A DNA stretch of 64,000 bases from Mustelus asterias. Lineage: Eukaryota. The stretch spans positions 53,134,001 through 53,198,000 of the forward strand of contig NC_135822.1 in the NCBI RefSeq assembly GCF_964213995.1, written 5' to 3'. The notes beneath the pieces are model-generated. The model did not search any database. It had not been told where the DNA came from and saw only the letters and a program-made list of their open reading frames with translations. This document shows positions 1 through 12,824 of this stretch, one piece after another. How positions within the stretch are numbered: position 1 is the stretch's first letter; every line of letters begins with the position of its first letter. Position numbers and translations under genes: made by a program.

Positions 1-66
1 CCAGGGTCCGATAGAAAAGGTGACAAAGGTGACAAAGATTCTGACCGTTTTGGCTGAGATTGCCAT
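1..66 (-). CDS. Candidate leader/signal-peptide exon running off the window (possibly the next V gene)
   Basis: ATG at 66 opens MAISAKTVRIFVTFVTFSIGPW. CCAAT motifs and a CACGTG lie upstream (~185-220). Same strand as the V array. The splice donor is not visible in the window. Confidence 0.35.
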   Translation of the reverse strand, partial: MAISAKTVRIFVTFVTFSIGPW

Positions 67-1262
67 CAGCCTTCTCAGGAGCCGATGGACAGAGTTACTT
101 CCAGATAAGACGCCGCTTGTGAATTTACTCGTCTGGCAGTAGAAATGCCACAAGTTATGAGGAACTGAACCGAACACTTGGTCGTCCAATCACGTGGCTG
201 AACAACACAAGTCAACCAATAGAACACGGGGATCATTTCCGATGGGAGCAGTGCTTATTTTGCAAATTCTTCCAAATCCCCCTTCCCTGCCTTCTCTCGC
301 CTCTTATGTATTCCTTTTCTTCTTTTCTCTCCCTTCTACCTAGTATTGCCTCATTAATCATTGTTCAGAGATGAATCCATTCAGTAGTAAATGAGCATGT
401 GTGGTGCAGCATTGCCATCTCTTGCTTTAGAGGCTACTTGAGCCTCTAAATCACCGTATTGGTATGGATTTAGAGTCCTTTCTATTGCCATCTGTTGCTT
501 TAGAGTCTACATGAAGCTTAGGAAACACAGCACTTAAGTGTCACAGTTGATACGTTCAGAGCACATCTACGGGCACTGCATCTATGGGGTGAATGCATTT
601 GCATCTTCTTGACAGCAACTCTTTTCGTTCTGCGATTGACACATGCGATTGAATGTCAAAATAGGCAAGGACGTTAGATTTTCCTCCGTAAATCACATTA
701 TTGTCACACAAGCAACAATAGCATAGTAGTTAACATTGCTGAAATTAGCATTATTATATAGGTTTAAACAATGGAATTCAAATTGCAGCAATAGCCTTGG
801 AGTAATTAAACCCTAGTCCACCAGAAGATTAGTCTGGGCTTCTGGATTGCCCGTCCAATTATATTATCATCAGACAAGCACCTGAAAGTTTCAGTACCGA
901 TTCCATTCATGATAGACTTGAAATGTGCGAATGAGCTTGTTGTTTTTATAGAAGGACATGTCGAGTGCATACTTGAGCAAATTGTTCAGAAGTGGATATA
1001 GATCAGAAGATATTATATCCCCCAAGTTCAAGGGGTATAAGGGATGGAAAACAGTCGCCCATACCCCGGCAAAGAATCGGTCTGTACCATGGATTCAGGA
1101 TTCAATCCTGGACCGGGGAGCGGCGCGGGCTTGGAGGGCCGAAGGGCCTGTTCCTGTGCTGTATTGTTCTTTGTTATATCTAATGTCGTCATATCTTTTG
1201 CAAAGTGTGTTGCTCCGAATTGGACAGAGTCCTAAAGAAGCCAAGAATCTTCTACATGTTAC

Positions 1263-2245
1263 CTGCCTGGACAATCAGTTCATTTGACGTTAAGCGGAAG
1301 ACCAGGTAGAACATAGACGAACCTTTTTGAAATTGTGTTCCCACGACCTTTGAGGACCAGCGGAGGTTTCCGGTTGATTTGTTTATCATTAATCTGGAGA
1401 CTCTCCTCGGCAGCTCTTAGTACACGCACCGAGGCGTCAACCAGTAAACTTCTGACCAGGGGTATAAATGATACCAGCTGAACCACGGTTGAGCCACAGC
1501 GTTAGTAATGTTTCGGCTGTAATGTGCGTCTAAAGATTAAATTGACAATGAAAGCGTCAGCGAACATCACTGCCAGCAGCACAAACCACATTAAGGTTGC
1601 CCTCCTATGCTTCCTCGCTACAATGATCCGCCAAACTATCACCATTGCACACATCGTCACTATGATAGTAAGAAGCCCACCCTGATCATCCCGGACATTG
1701 TTATCAGAGCCACTTCTCAATGCAATTATCATGGGTGACTTATTTTTCATTGGGGGATGTGCGGGGAGCAAGGTCGACATGTATTGGCCAGATAAGTACA
1801 ACAATGTTCTGTTAGGCAACTGGAGAAGGCAGTTATAGTTGTTCTGTGTCTGGTATCATATAGAGATATAACTGGATGAGGTGGCGGATTCCCACACTTC
1901 AATGAGATGGTCACCATTGCTGAAACGAGCTTCACATTCCAGCCTCGTTTACTTTAAAATAACATTTTGCATGGAATGTGCGTGCCGCTGGAAAGGTGGG
2001 CAATTACTGTCCATCTCTGTTGCGCTTCAGAGATTAGTGATGGATCACTGCAGTCCCTCTTCCCAGCACGTCGGCCGAGCAGCAGTAATGGATTAACTAT
2101 ATCGTTCCACATCAGAGAGAAAACTGCAGGAGGCAGTATGACCTTTGCATCTGCTGTCCTTGTCCTTCTTGGTGGCGCAGATCCCGGGCTCCGGAGGCCG
2201 TTGTCAAATGAGCTTTCACAACTTCTTGCAGTGTATTTTATAGAC
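1263..2245 (-). other. Unidentified ~1 kb module, copy 1 (TATA box to splice donor), just beyond the RSS
   Basis: TATAAAA at 2236-2242 (minus) and CAG|GTAAC at 1263. Homologous to 5926-6786 and 19664-20655. No intact ORF and no recognisable TE features. Confidence 0.5.
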
Positions 2246-2347
2246 GAGAGTCTCTGCACTCACCGCCGGAAGGGAATGGAGTGAAATTCTTCAGCTGCCG
2301 CGGAGAATTTGCACTAGAGTCTGAGGCAGGTATCTTCCCGCCGGGGG

Positions 2348-2386
2348 AATTTTTGTCTGAAAATCCTGCATTCATGTAACGCTGTG
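2348..2386 (-). other. 23-RSS
   Basis: CACAGCG + 23 nt + ACAAAAATT directly after YYCVAYKD. Confidence 0.9.
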
Positions 2387-3159
2387 TGTATCTTTGTACG
2401 CCACACAGTAATACGTGCCGCTGTCTTCGACCTGTGAGTCTTTAACGAACAGTAAAGTCGTTGTCCTGAGGCTCAGACTTGACCTTCGTTCGTTTTCTGT
2501 CCGTCGATCTGAAAGCTGTCGTGGATCTGATCCATTAAATTTGGTGGCCAGCGGAACCAATAGTCGACCATGTTGGCCTGCCAGATGCTGCAATAGAAAA
2601 CAGCTTCCTCCCCTGGAGACAGAATCATTGGAAACGGAGAGAGGACGACTTGGTGTTTGGAGCTAACATCTAATAAGGTAATTAAAACAGGACAGCAGAT
2701 CAACCAGGAAGTAAAATGATGAGCGGAAGATGGGACAGAGGTAAAGAGAAATAGAAATAAATAGATTGGCTTTCTCCAGTAGCATTGCTACATTCGATCT
2801 TATATTTGCTCTTCAAGCTATGTCCAATTACCAATCAGATTTAGTGAATATTTAAACAATAAACGCGCCAAACTCTAAAATTGTTCCAAGTCAGATCACA
2901 GCGGTTCTGAAAGACGGAAATTTGTAATGGCTCGGAATGCCCTGTGCTGAAATGATAACAATTTAGCGGATTAAAGAACAGCGAATTATTTGTGTTGTGT
3001 TCACCAGAATTTGTCACCGAACACAAAATGTGGTAATTATGATCAGCAAGTTTCGTTAATGAAGCAGCGAAGTTTCGAACTGAGAGCAATTGTTTCTGCT
3101 ATCTCATATATTCAGGCATTGGACAACAGGAATATGGAAAGCCAAGAAATAGTGAACAT
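2387..3159 (-). pseudogene. Antigen-receptor V pseudogene, second family (V-delta/VH-like), copy 1
   Basis: Leader 3114-3159 MFTISWLSIFLLSNA with donor mutated GT>GA. V exon 2387-2669 with FYC..YWFRW and VEDSGTYYC, frameshifted. TATA at ~3238-3244. Confidence 0.85.
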
Positions 3160-5464
3160 TCTCCAAATAACATTCCGCCCTCTTTTGTCAACTGATCTCA
3201 AATTACTTTGAGGTGATTTCTGAGAGGAACCGACTCGTTATATAGAGAGTGATAGCGCCGCGGCGGCCGCTGTTCGGACTGCAGCCCAAAGAAATAATGT
3301 TTTACTCTCCTGTGACCACTTGCAGGGCCGGCCACAAAATTGACAAGACGCTGCCACTTGGTTAATTTGATTACGAAGCTTTCCCTGACCAGAGAGTGCA
3401 AACAAAATCATAGATGAAACAGATCAGAACCATCGAACGGCCAACATATATATTAGAGGGAGAGAGAGGTTTGAGGCAGAAAGAGAGAGGCAGAATAAGG
3501 CAGTGACAGCGACTGACAGGTACTTCGAAGCAAGATCTCCCACAGAAAGTGATGCAGAGAAAACAACACGTTCGAGAGAGGGGAAGAATGAGAAAAGAAA
3601 CAGAGAGAGAAAATGAGAGAAAGTGACAGACAGAGCAAAAACAGAGGCTCAGCGCGATAGAGAGAAAATGAGAGAAGGAAAGTGACCGAGATAACTGGAA
3701 TGAATGAGCGGTGTGTGAGAGAGAGTGAAACATCCAAAGCAACAAAGAGAGACAGAGTTCGAGACAGTTTGAGAACGTAAACCATTTAAAAAATGATTTA
3801 CTTTATTTTAAAATATCGATCCAGCTTTGGTTCTAATTTAAACGTTCGACCAAGAGGGAGAGGAAACAATCACTAGATTGAATGTGGGCGTAGAATAAAT
3901 CGGCCACTTATGTATCATCCCAATTGGTGTGGATTGAATGAGCGGTTAAATTAGGTTTAAAGGAGAATTTATTGATGAGAGAACAAGTTCCGCCATCTCC
4001 TCCTGACAGCTACCCTACATCACCGGTTCCAGGTAACCTCTTCTGCACGCGTTCCTTCTTTCTAATGTTGCTCCCTTGTTTCTTAGTGAGATTAGACTGT
4101 GCTATTTTACTATATTTTGTGCTTAAGGTAGGGCTGATTTAAGAGTGTGTTTTATTACAGGAGTCAATCAATCTCGGAAACAGGTAGTTTAAATATTAAC
4201 AATGCAGGATAATATATCATATTAGCAAGCGATCTGATTCTTTGTAGAATTAATGGACCAGTTGTTTGTTTGGGATCACTTGCATTCTGGCTATATTTAG
4301 AGTCATGAGGATAATGGGAAGAACAAAACTTGCAAGGTAGATGTACTATTTCAGTTTCATTTTAAAACAAAAGGAGTAGCTGCCCGGGCTACCAGACAAA
4401 AAAAAAGCAATTGCTCTCTCTCTCTCCCTGAAATAACATCTGGGAAAGCAGGAGGCCATGGCCTAACATCTGTTACTGGGGAAATCCTGCAACTTACAAA
4501 AATCACAATGCCATCAAGCAGTCTCGATGTACTTTTGTGAAAGAAAGTAGTTCGTGACCACCTTTAAGAGATATTTGAGGATATGATGAGAAAGGTGGTT
4601 AAAGGGGAACCACTAGACGCTCGGTGTTTGGATTTCCAAAACTCATATCATAAGGTGCCGCACATAAAATCTTACAGCACAGGATAAGACTTTATGGTGT
4701 TGTTTACTTTCCGTCTGCTGTGTTTAATTTCCCTTTCTCCCACTTGCTTATCTTTAGTTCCTTCTGCACGGCAACAATTCAGGATCCTGTCATTCGCAAT
4801 TCATTTCCACACAGATTTTGATTAATTACTTATGCAGTTGCCAATTTATTTGCCCTTGCAAGGCGAAAAAGTTATTACTTCATCTGTCCGCCACCCACCC
4901 CATGTTGCCTTTTCGCACCCCGCCCTGCTTCACTAGCTCAAAGCCTATTCCAGCTCTAACATTTCCCAGCGTGTTTTGGAGCTCAAACTGAATTTGATGT
5001 GAAGTTCGGGCTTGAATTCGAAGGGGCATGCACATAATGGGTGTGGACAACACATGCGCAGATCCGCTTTGCAAAGTTCCTTGGGGTCCGGTGCACTTTT
5101 CCATAACCGTAAAACTTGCAGCGAGGGTATAGGGAGAGAGCCCACAATAAGGTCCCAGGCAAAGGCAGAGACTGGGGGCAGAAATTGACCATGGTTGAGT
5201 TAAGAAAAAACACAGAAACAGCTGTTTGTAGCAGCCTTGATTTGAAGGGGCTTCAGAGAAGCTCGGATAATCAAAGGTTGTTCAAGAGAAGCTCTGAAGA
5301 TCCAAGGGATAGGTGAAATTTATGAATCCGCATTGGAGTGTATGCACCCATTTGGAGCAATAGTCTTCTGCATAACACGATGGAAGATCCGAATCTGGGA
5401 GGTGTGAATTTGCAATCTGAATGTAGGCTCAAATTTAATGGAATGGAACCTCGGGAGATCGTGT

Positions 5465-5740
5465 TACATAAGAACATAAGGACTAGGCGCCGGAGTAAGC
5501 CATCTGGCCCCTCCAGCCTGCTCTGCCATTCAATAAGATCATGGCTGACCTTTTAGTGGACTCAGCTCCACTTACCCGCCCGCTCACCATAACCCTTAAT
5601 TCCTTTACTGTTCAAAAACTTATCTATCCTTGCCTTAAAAACATTCAATGAGGCAGCCTCAACTGCTTCACTGGGCAGGGAATTCCACACATTCACAACC
5701 CTTTGGGTGAAGAACTTCCTCCTCAACTCAGTCCTAAAAC
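5465..5740 (-). mobile_element. CR1 LINE 3' fragment
   Basis: FRTELRRKFFTQRVVNVWNSLP and a (TTCTTATG)n tail. Confidence 0.9.
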
Positions 5741-5925
5741 GTTGAAGCGCGATTGGGGCGAACCTTTGAGCGAGTTCCCAAGGCCAGATCTTCAAAGGTA
5801 GATGCCCACGTCCCATCAAAGAATCAGTCTGTACAATCTCTAGTGCGGTGACATACTTTTGAAAAGGCGCTCTCCAGTATTGGACTCCATGGATCAATAG
5901 AAGCCAAGAATCCTCAAAAGTTTAC

Positions 5926-6786
5926 CTGCCTGGCCAATCGCTTTGATTGATGTTAAGCGAAAGAACAGGCAGAATGCCATAGAAATTCTTTGAAATTTTG
6001 GCTTGAGATCTTTGAGGACGACCAGAAGTTTCCAGTTGATTTGTTTGTCAATGATGTGGAGCAGCGTTTGGTACAGGGAGTGTTTGGTACAGGGAATGAG
6101 ACGTCAACCAATAAACCTCTGGCCATTGGGAACTGAGATAAAAACTGAGTCACGGTTGACACAGAGTTAATGATGAAAAGGTCGTCATGGAATTTAAAGA
6201 TGTAGATTGACAAGGGAAGCGTCTTGATATTGGTTGGAGCTCAGACTGCTCATTTGCTCATTCGAATTTTGCCACACTTGCATTCCTTCAATCTGACCTC
6301 CACCAGCTCAACCCTCATGAATGTTGCGCTGCCATACTATATCATCATCAGCTACGTAATCCGCCAAATCATTACCACTGCACACATCGTCAGTTTAATT
6401 ATCAGAAGCCCATCCTCATAATCCTGGACATTGTTATCGGAATCACACCAGAATTATCATCAGGGACTTATTATTCATTCGCCAGAAAAGGCAACATGTA
6501 TAGGCCAGCCAGGTGCAGCAATGTTCTGTTAGGCAACTGGAGAAGGCAGTTACAATTGTTCTGTCCTGGTGTCATGTCGAGACGCAACTGGATCAGGCGG
6601 CAGGTTAATATTCCAGCCTCTCTTACTTTTAAGGAACAGCCTGCTGGCATCGTGTTCGTCGTTGGCAAGGTCTACAATTATTGTCAATCCCTGTTGGCCT
6701 TGAGAACTTGGTGATGAACGACTGCAGTGCCCGTTCCGAGGTCTTGGGACCAACAGCCGTATTGGATTAACTATATCGTTCCACAA
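5926..6786 (-). other. Unidentified module, copy 2 (5' part deleted)
   Basis: Homologous to copy 1; ends CAG|GTAAA. Confidence 0.5.
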
Positions 6787-7176
6787 GTATATTACGTTTC
6801 TCCAAGAGCATTGTTACATTCGATCATATATTTGCTCAAGGTAAGTCCAATTATTAATCAGACTTAGTGAACGTTTAAAAAATAGAGGCGCCAAACTCTG
6901 AAATTGTTCCAAGTCAGATCACAGCTCGAAGAAAATTGTTAATGATTCTCTTGGAACTGTGCTGGAGTAATAGCAATTCAGCTGATTAAAGGACAGTGAC
7001 TTATTTGCATTTTGTTCACTGGAATTTATAACTGAATACAAAACGTAGCAGTTATGGACAGCTTAAGTGTCCTTAAGGAAGGCGTGTAGAAATGAAGTGG
7101 GAGCATTTGTATCTGTCATCTCACACATACAGGCATTGAACAACTGGAATATGGAAAGCCAAGAAATGGTGCAAAT
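6787..7176 (-). pseudogene. V remnant, copy 2: leader and intron only; V exon and RSS deleted
   Basis: Leader 7131-7176 with ATG>ATT. The intron is fused directly to module X at ~6787. Confidence 0.8.
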
Positions 7177-7357
7177 TCTCCGAATAAAATTCCGCCATCT
7201 TTTGTCAACTGCTCTCAAATTACTTTAACATGATTTCTGAGAGGAACTGGCACGTTATATACAGAGCGAAAGCACCGCGGCAGGCCGCTGCAGCTAAAGG
7301 AAATACGCGTCTGCTTTCCTGGAGCACTTGCGAGGGACGCCCACAAAATTGCGCACA

Positions 7358-8412
7358 CAAACAAAGAACAAAGAACAAAGAACAATACAGCACAGGAACA
7401 GGCCCTTCGGCCCTCCAAGCCCGCGCCGCTCCCCGGTCCAGGATTGAATCCTGAATCCAGGATCCCCGCCCAATTTTCCAGCCTATCTACATACCAATAT
7501 CCTATCCACCGAGCTGTCCCTCACAGCTACGATGCTTTGTTCATTACAACCTATTAACTCACCCCCACCCCCCCATTCCAGACCATGTGATCTCCAGGGA
7601 GAGGCGAAAACCCAGAGTGAAAAACCCCAGGGCCAATATGGGGGAAAAAAATCTGGGAAATTCCTCTCCGACCCCCTGAGGCGATCGAAACGAGTCCAGG
7701 AGATCACAATGGCCCTGATCGGAAAATGCTTCCCAACCCTAGTCATTTCCACTTCCACGAACACCATATGAATTCCCTGCCCCCGAGACAGGTTCCCAAC
7801 TATCCGCAGTCTCGCTCTGTACTGGCACCAGCAAGATGATCATAGAATGAAGCCTTGAAATGAGAAACCAGGAACAATTAGCCCGCGCCGCTCCCTGGTC
7901 CAAACTAGACCACTCTTTTGTATCCCTGCATTCCCACTCCGTTCATATAACTGTCTAGATAAGTCTTAAACGTTCCCAGTGTGTCCGCCTCCACCACCTT
8001 GCCCGGCAACACATTCCAGGCCCCCACGACCCTCTGTGTGAAATATGTCCTTCTGATATCTGTGTTAAACCTCCCCCCCTTCACCTTGAACCTATGACCC
8101 CTCGTGAACGTCACCACCGACCCGGGGAAAAGCTTCCCACCGTTCACCCTATCTATGCCTTTCATAATTTTATACACCTCTATTAAGTCTCCCCTCATCC
8201 TCCGTCTTGTCAAAGAACAAAGAATAGTACAGCACAGGAAACAGGCCCTTCGGCCCTCCAAGCCTGTGCCGCTCCTTGGTCCAACTAGACCAATCGTTTG
8301 TATCCCTCCATTCCCAGGCTGCTCATGTGACTATCCAGGTAAGTCTTAAACGATGTCAGCGTGCCTGCCTCCACCACCTTACTTGGCAGCGCATTCCAGG
8401 CCCCCACCACAC
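7358..8412 (-). mobile_element. Stacked CR1 3' ends with an extended 3' UTR module
   Basis: RGDLIEVYKIMKG..FTQRVVGAWN; (TTCTTTG)n tails; partial inverted copy at ~1095-1177. Confidence 0.85.
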
Positions 8413-10160
8413 TTACCGCTTGATTTATATTGACGACGAGACATTGCACTGGTCACATAGTTCCAACAAAAACCAAAGATGGAACCAGAGCAGAACATCT
8501 CAGTGAGTGAGAGCAAAAACAAAGGCGCGATGGAGAAAGAAAATGAGTGAAGTAAAGAGATCGAGATAACGGGAATGAACGAGCTGTGTGTGAGAGAACA
8601 GAGAAACATCCAAAGAAACAAAGAGAGAAAGAGTTAGGGGCAGTTTGGGAAAGAAAAGCATTTTAAAATGTTTTTAAAAAAATATCGGTGAAGTTTTTGT
8701 TCTAGCTCAAATGCTAGATGTTTGAGCAAGAGGGAGTGCAATCAATCTCGAATTGACTGTGGGCATGGAGCAAATCGGCCACTTCCGTATCACCCCAATT
8801 GGTGTGGGTTGAATGAGTGGTTGGCGCGCTTTGGATAGTTCCTTTTGTCACAGTAGAACAGTGCCCGCCTTTGGCGGCTGTTAACTACTCCTTGGGGCTT
8901 TATGAAAGATTTGGGGAATTTTATAAAAGAGCGCCAAGCATCTTTGCAGGCGCAGTGGTTGGGGTGCTGCTGGGAGACCCGGGTGAGCTCCAGCCTAAAT
9001 ACTGGGTCTCTGGGCTTCAAATAATTCCAACGTTCAACTGGAACGCTGGCCGGGTGATTTATTTGAGGCATCCTATTCTTCCAAAAAGCACAGGAGTCCA
9101 TCGATCTATCGTTCCCGAGATATCCATTCTCCCGTGTTAATATTCTGAAAAGTAATACTTGACTATGTATTTGATTCAATTGTGAACGGTACGGTTAATT
9201 TCATGCAGTAGATTCGACATCAAAACATTCTCAATGCCTAAAAGAAAGCCCCTCTTAATTGTAAATAACTTTCGCTATTGTACCTTCTCTGCGTTCGAAT
9301 AATAAACCCCAGGTTCTCTCGTCTCTCCATGTAGCGTAAGAACTTAACCCAGGTACCTTCCGGAACAATCACCACTTGCATCAAGCCGAATAATTGCATT
9401 TTCTGGTAAGCAATATTTGGAGGAAGGGAAACAAGTTAAATGCGATTTTTTTTGTGTGAGAGGACAGGTTCAGGCAGACGGAAGTGACGGGTGGTGGTTG
9501 GCGATTGTTCAGGCCACTGTATGAGGAAAAAAGCTAAAAGTTCTCAGGACTTCCTGGTGGGGAATGGAGGTGTCGGGAAATTGTGCATCCATGGTAATGA
9601 GGTTTAAAGGAAATATTGTTGTGTGAGAGGACAAGTTCCGCCGTCTGCTACTGACAGTTAACTGGCATCACTGGAAGCATTCCGGGAAACCTCATCTGCA
9701 CGCATTCCTTCTTTCTAAAGTTGCTTCCTTGATTTTTGCTGTGATGATACTGTGCTCTTTTGATATATTTTTGAGTTTAAGGTCGGGCAGCTTTATGACG
9801 CAGTGTTTTGCGGCAGGAGTCGGTTAGTCTAGGAACAGGCTGCTTCAATGCTAAGATATTAGCTGTTAATGTGATTATTTGTGGAGTTAATGGACCATTT
9901 GTCTGTTTAGGTTCTGGGATATCAGGCTAGGTATACAGAGTCATTAGGTTAATGGGAGGAGCCAAGCTTGCATAGAAGAAATACTGTTGCACTTTCATTA
10001 TGAAAGCAAGGGGAGTAGCTGCCTCGGTTACCAGAAGGAAACTGGATACCACGGCCTAACATCTGTTACTGGGGAAATCATGCAATTTACAAAAGCAGAA
10101 TGCAATCAAGCAGCCTCGATGTACTTCTGTGAAAGAACGTTGTGCGTGACAAATTTATAA

Positions 10161-10776
10161 CAACAGTAAAAAGTCTCACAACACCAGGTTAAATTCCAAC
10201 AGGTTTATTTGATATCACGAGCTTTCGGAGTGCTGCTCCTTCATTGGATGACACACCGGATGAAGGAGCAGCTCTCGAAAGCTCGTAGTACCAAATAAAT
10301 CTGTTCGACTTTAACCTGGTGTTGTGTGACTTCTTACTGTGCCCATCCCAGTCCAAAGCCGGCATCTCCACATCATGGCTATCACCGACACTGCAAACCG
10401 CTGGCTCAAAGTGGAGAGGATCTCCAAGAACATTGCGCATATTGACACAGACATCAAGTTTCTACAAAGATGCAAGAAAGCAGACAAGATCCCGAAAGGT
10501 CGACAGGTCACGAACCCACTCATGTCGACTTATAACAGACTATGCTGAGGGACTTTGCCGTCGCACCTCTCTCATATTCCCCACCACCTCATGCACCAAC
10601 TTTACAGCAGACGCCACAACCTGGAAACCATAGGAAAACCAAATAAAAGACTCACCTGATGAAGGAGCAGCTCTCCAAAAGTTTGTGATACCAAATAACC
10701 CTGTTGGACTTTAACCTGGTGTGGTGAGACTTCTTACTGTGCCCACCCCCGTCCAACGCCGGCCTCTCCACATCAC
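10161..10776 (+). mobile_element. Penelope-like element fragment with inverted and direct pseudo-LTRs
   Basis: ORF start MAITDTANRWLKVERI..FLQRCKKADKIPKG; pLTR copies; candidate TSD ATTTATAA (10153-60/10777-84). Confidence 0.8.
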
Positions 10777-12136
10777 ATTTATAAGAATTATTTGAGGATA
10801 TAACGGGCAAAGTTGTAATGGGGAACCAGTAGACGTACGTCTTTGGTTTTCCAAAAGTCAATACATAAGGTACCGCACATAAAACCTTATACCACGAGGT
10901 AAGTGCTCATGAGAGTAGAAATCACTGAAGCTTAGAGTTGGTCCTCGCATCAAATGGGTTATTTCGCCAGCGGGGAGATGGCATCTGGTAAAGCCCAGTG
11001 TCTCTCTCTGACGAACAAAGCAAAAACATCCATTCTTATACATTTTCCAACCATCTACTCAGCCCATCACGGCTGGACCTTATCAAATAATATTTATCAC
11101 AGAGTACATATATTTGTCACATAGCGAATGGAAAAGGCATTACATAAGGTGGGCTTGTGCATGATCAGCTCATGGCCTCATGGGCACGACTCGTGGTGCC
11201 TCATTAATATTATCTTCCTTTCTCCCATCTACAGTCCTTGATTTTACAATAGTCCTTGTTCAGTGGGCTTCCTTATCATTTTCTATGAAAGCTCTCCCTA
11301 ATCTTATGCGTCTGGCTTCCACCCGACATCTTGGACCATAGGCTGGTACCAGCCACCAGTATTGGTGGTAACTGTCTCTGCTGTTGTATGCAAGCTTGTG
11401 ATTAAGCCAGCTAATTGTGTTCAGGAATGCAGCTAGTGTCCATGTTGTGTCGTTTTAATATTCTGAACTTCTGTCAACATGGTGGAGCTGATATGCATGA
11501 CTTTTGTGATCGTATAGCAACAAACTCAGACACATTCATTATATAATATATATTCCTGCAAATACAGATTGTTATACAGACACTTAAGAATATTAATTGC
11601 AATACAGGCACCTCGACAAACGACACCATTCCCTCTAAAACTATTCTTTAAATCTCCCTTCAACACTTGCTCTTCCTGTGCGGTAGCCAATCCCTTTGCC
11701 CTTACAAGGCACCACATGTATTATTTAAACTCTCCGCAACCACGACCTCCATATTGCATTTTCTCACCCCTGCACCGTTTCACAAGGTCAAAATCTATTC
11801 CAGCTCTAACATTTCCCAGCGTGTTATGAAATACAAACTGAATTTGATGTGGAGCTCGGACTTCAAATCTGGGATGGGCATCGAAATTTTCGAGCATGTG
11901 CATAATATATATGGACAATACATAGGGAGAGCCGTTTTCTAACGTTTTGGGGGGCCCGGTGCACATTTGCATAACAATAAACCATGCGAAGAGGACAGGG
12001 AGAGAGCCAAAAGTAAAGTCTCGACTGGAGACAGAAACAGATCCTGGCTGAGTAAAGGAGGAAAACGGGGAGCAGAGAAAAAGGAGGAACAGCCTTTAAT
12101 TTCAGTTTTGAATTCAGTTTCAATTTCAGCCTTCAG

Positions 12137-12650
12137 TTCTGCTCGCCCCATTACAGGAGGGATGTGGAAATAATTGAAAGGGTGCAGAGAAGATTTACAA
12201 GGATATTGACTGGATTGGTTGGCATGCCTTATGAGGACAGGCTGAGGGAGCTCGGCCTTTTCTCCTTGGAGAGACGAAGGATGAGAGGTGACCTGATAGA
12301 GGTGTACAAGATGTTGAGAGGTACAGATCGGGTGGATTCTCGGAGGCTTTTTCCCAGGGCTGAAATGGCTGCTACGAGAGGACACAGGTTTAAGGTGCTG
12401 GGGAGTAGGTACAGAGGAGATGTCAGGGGTAAGTTTTTCACTCAGAGGGTGGTGGGTGAGTGGAATCAGCTGCCGTCAGGGGTGGTGGGGGCAAACTCGA
12501 TAGGGTCTTTTAAGAGACTTCTGGATGAGTACATGGGACTTAATAGGATTGAGGGTTATAGGTAAGCCTAGGTGGGTAGGGACATGACCGGCGCAACATG
12601 TGGGCTGAAGGGCCTGTTTGTGCTGTATTTTTTTCTATGTTCTATGTTCT
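12137..12650 (+). mobile_element. Young CR1 3' fragment
   Basis: Open RT C-terminus (ERVQRRFTR..RGDLIEVYK). Near-identical to 14302-14606 (-) and 26782-27548 (+). Confidence 0.9.
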
Positions 12651-12824
12651 AATTGAAGTGGTCTTGAGAGAAGGTCGGATAATCAAAGATGGCTCAAGAA
12701 AAGCTCTACACATCCAAGAAGCAGTTGAAGTTTGATGGCTCCTTATTGGGGCGTATGTACCCCGTTGGAGCAGTAGTGTTCTGCTTGGCATGGTGGAAGA
12801 TCAGAATGTGGGCTGCTAATTTCA

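Noticed and set aside
1502-1819. Apparent transmembrane protein ORF in module X
   Set aside because: The frame is not preserved in the other two copies.
3371-3785. Hydrophobic ORFs (also 22165-22506 and 56709-57036)
   Set aside because: Translations of GA/CT and GT simple repeats.
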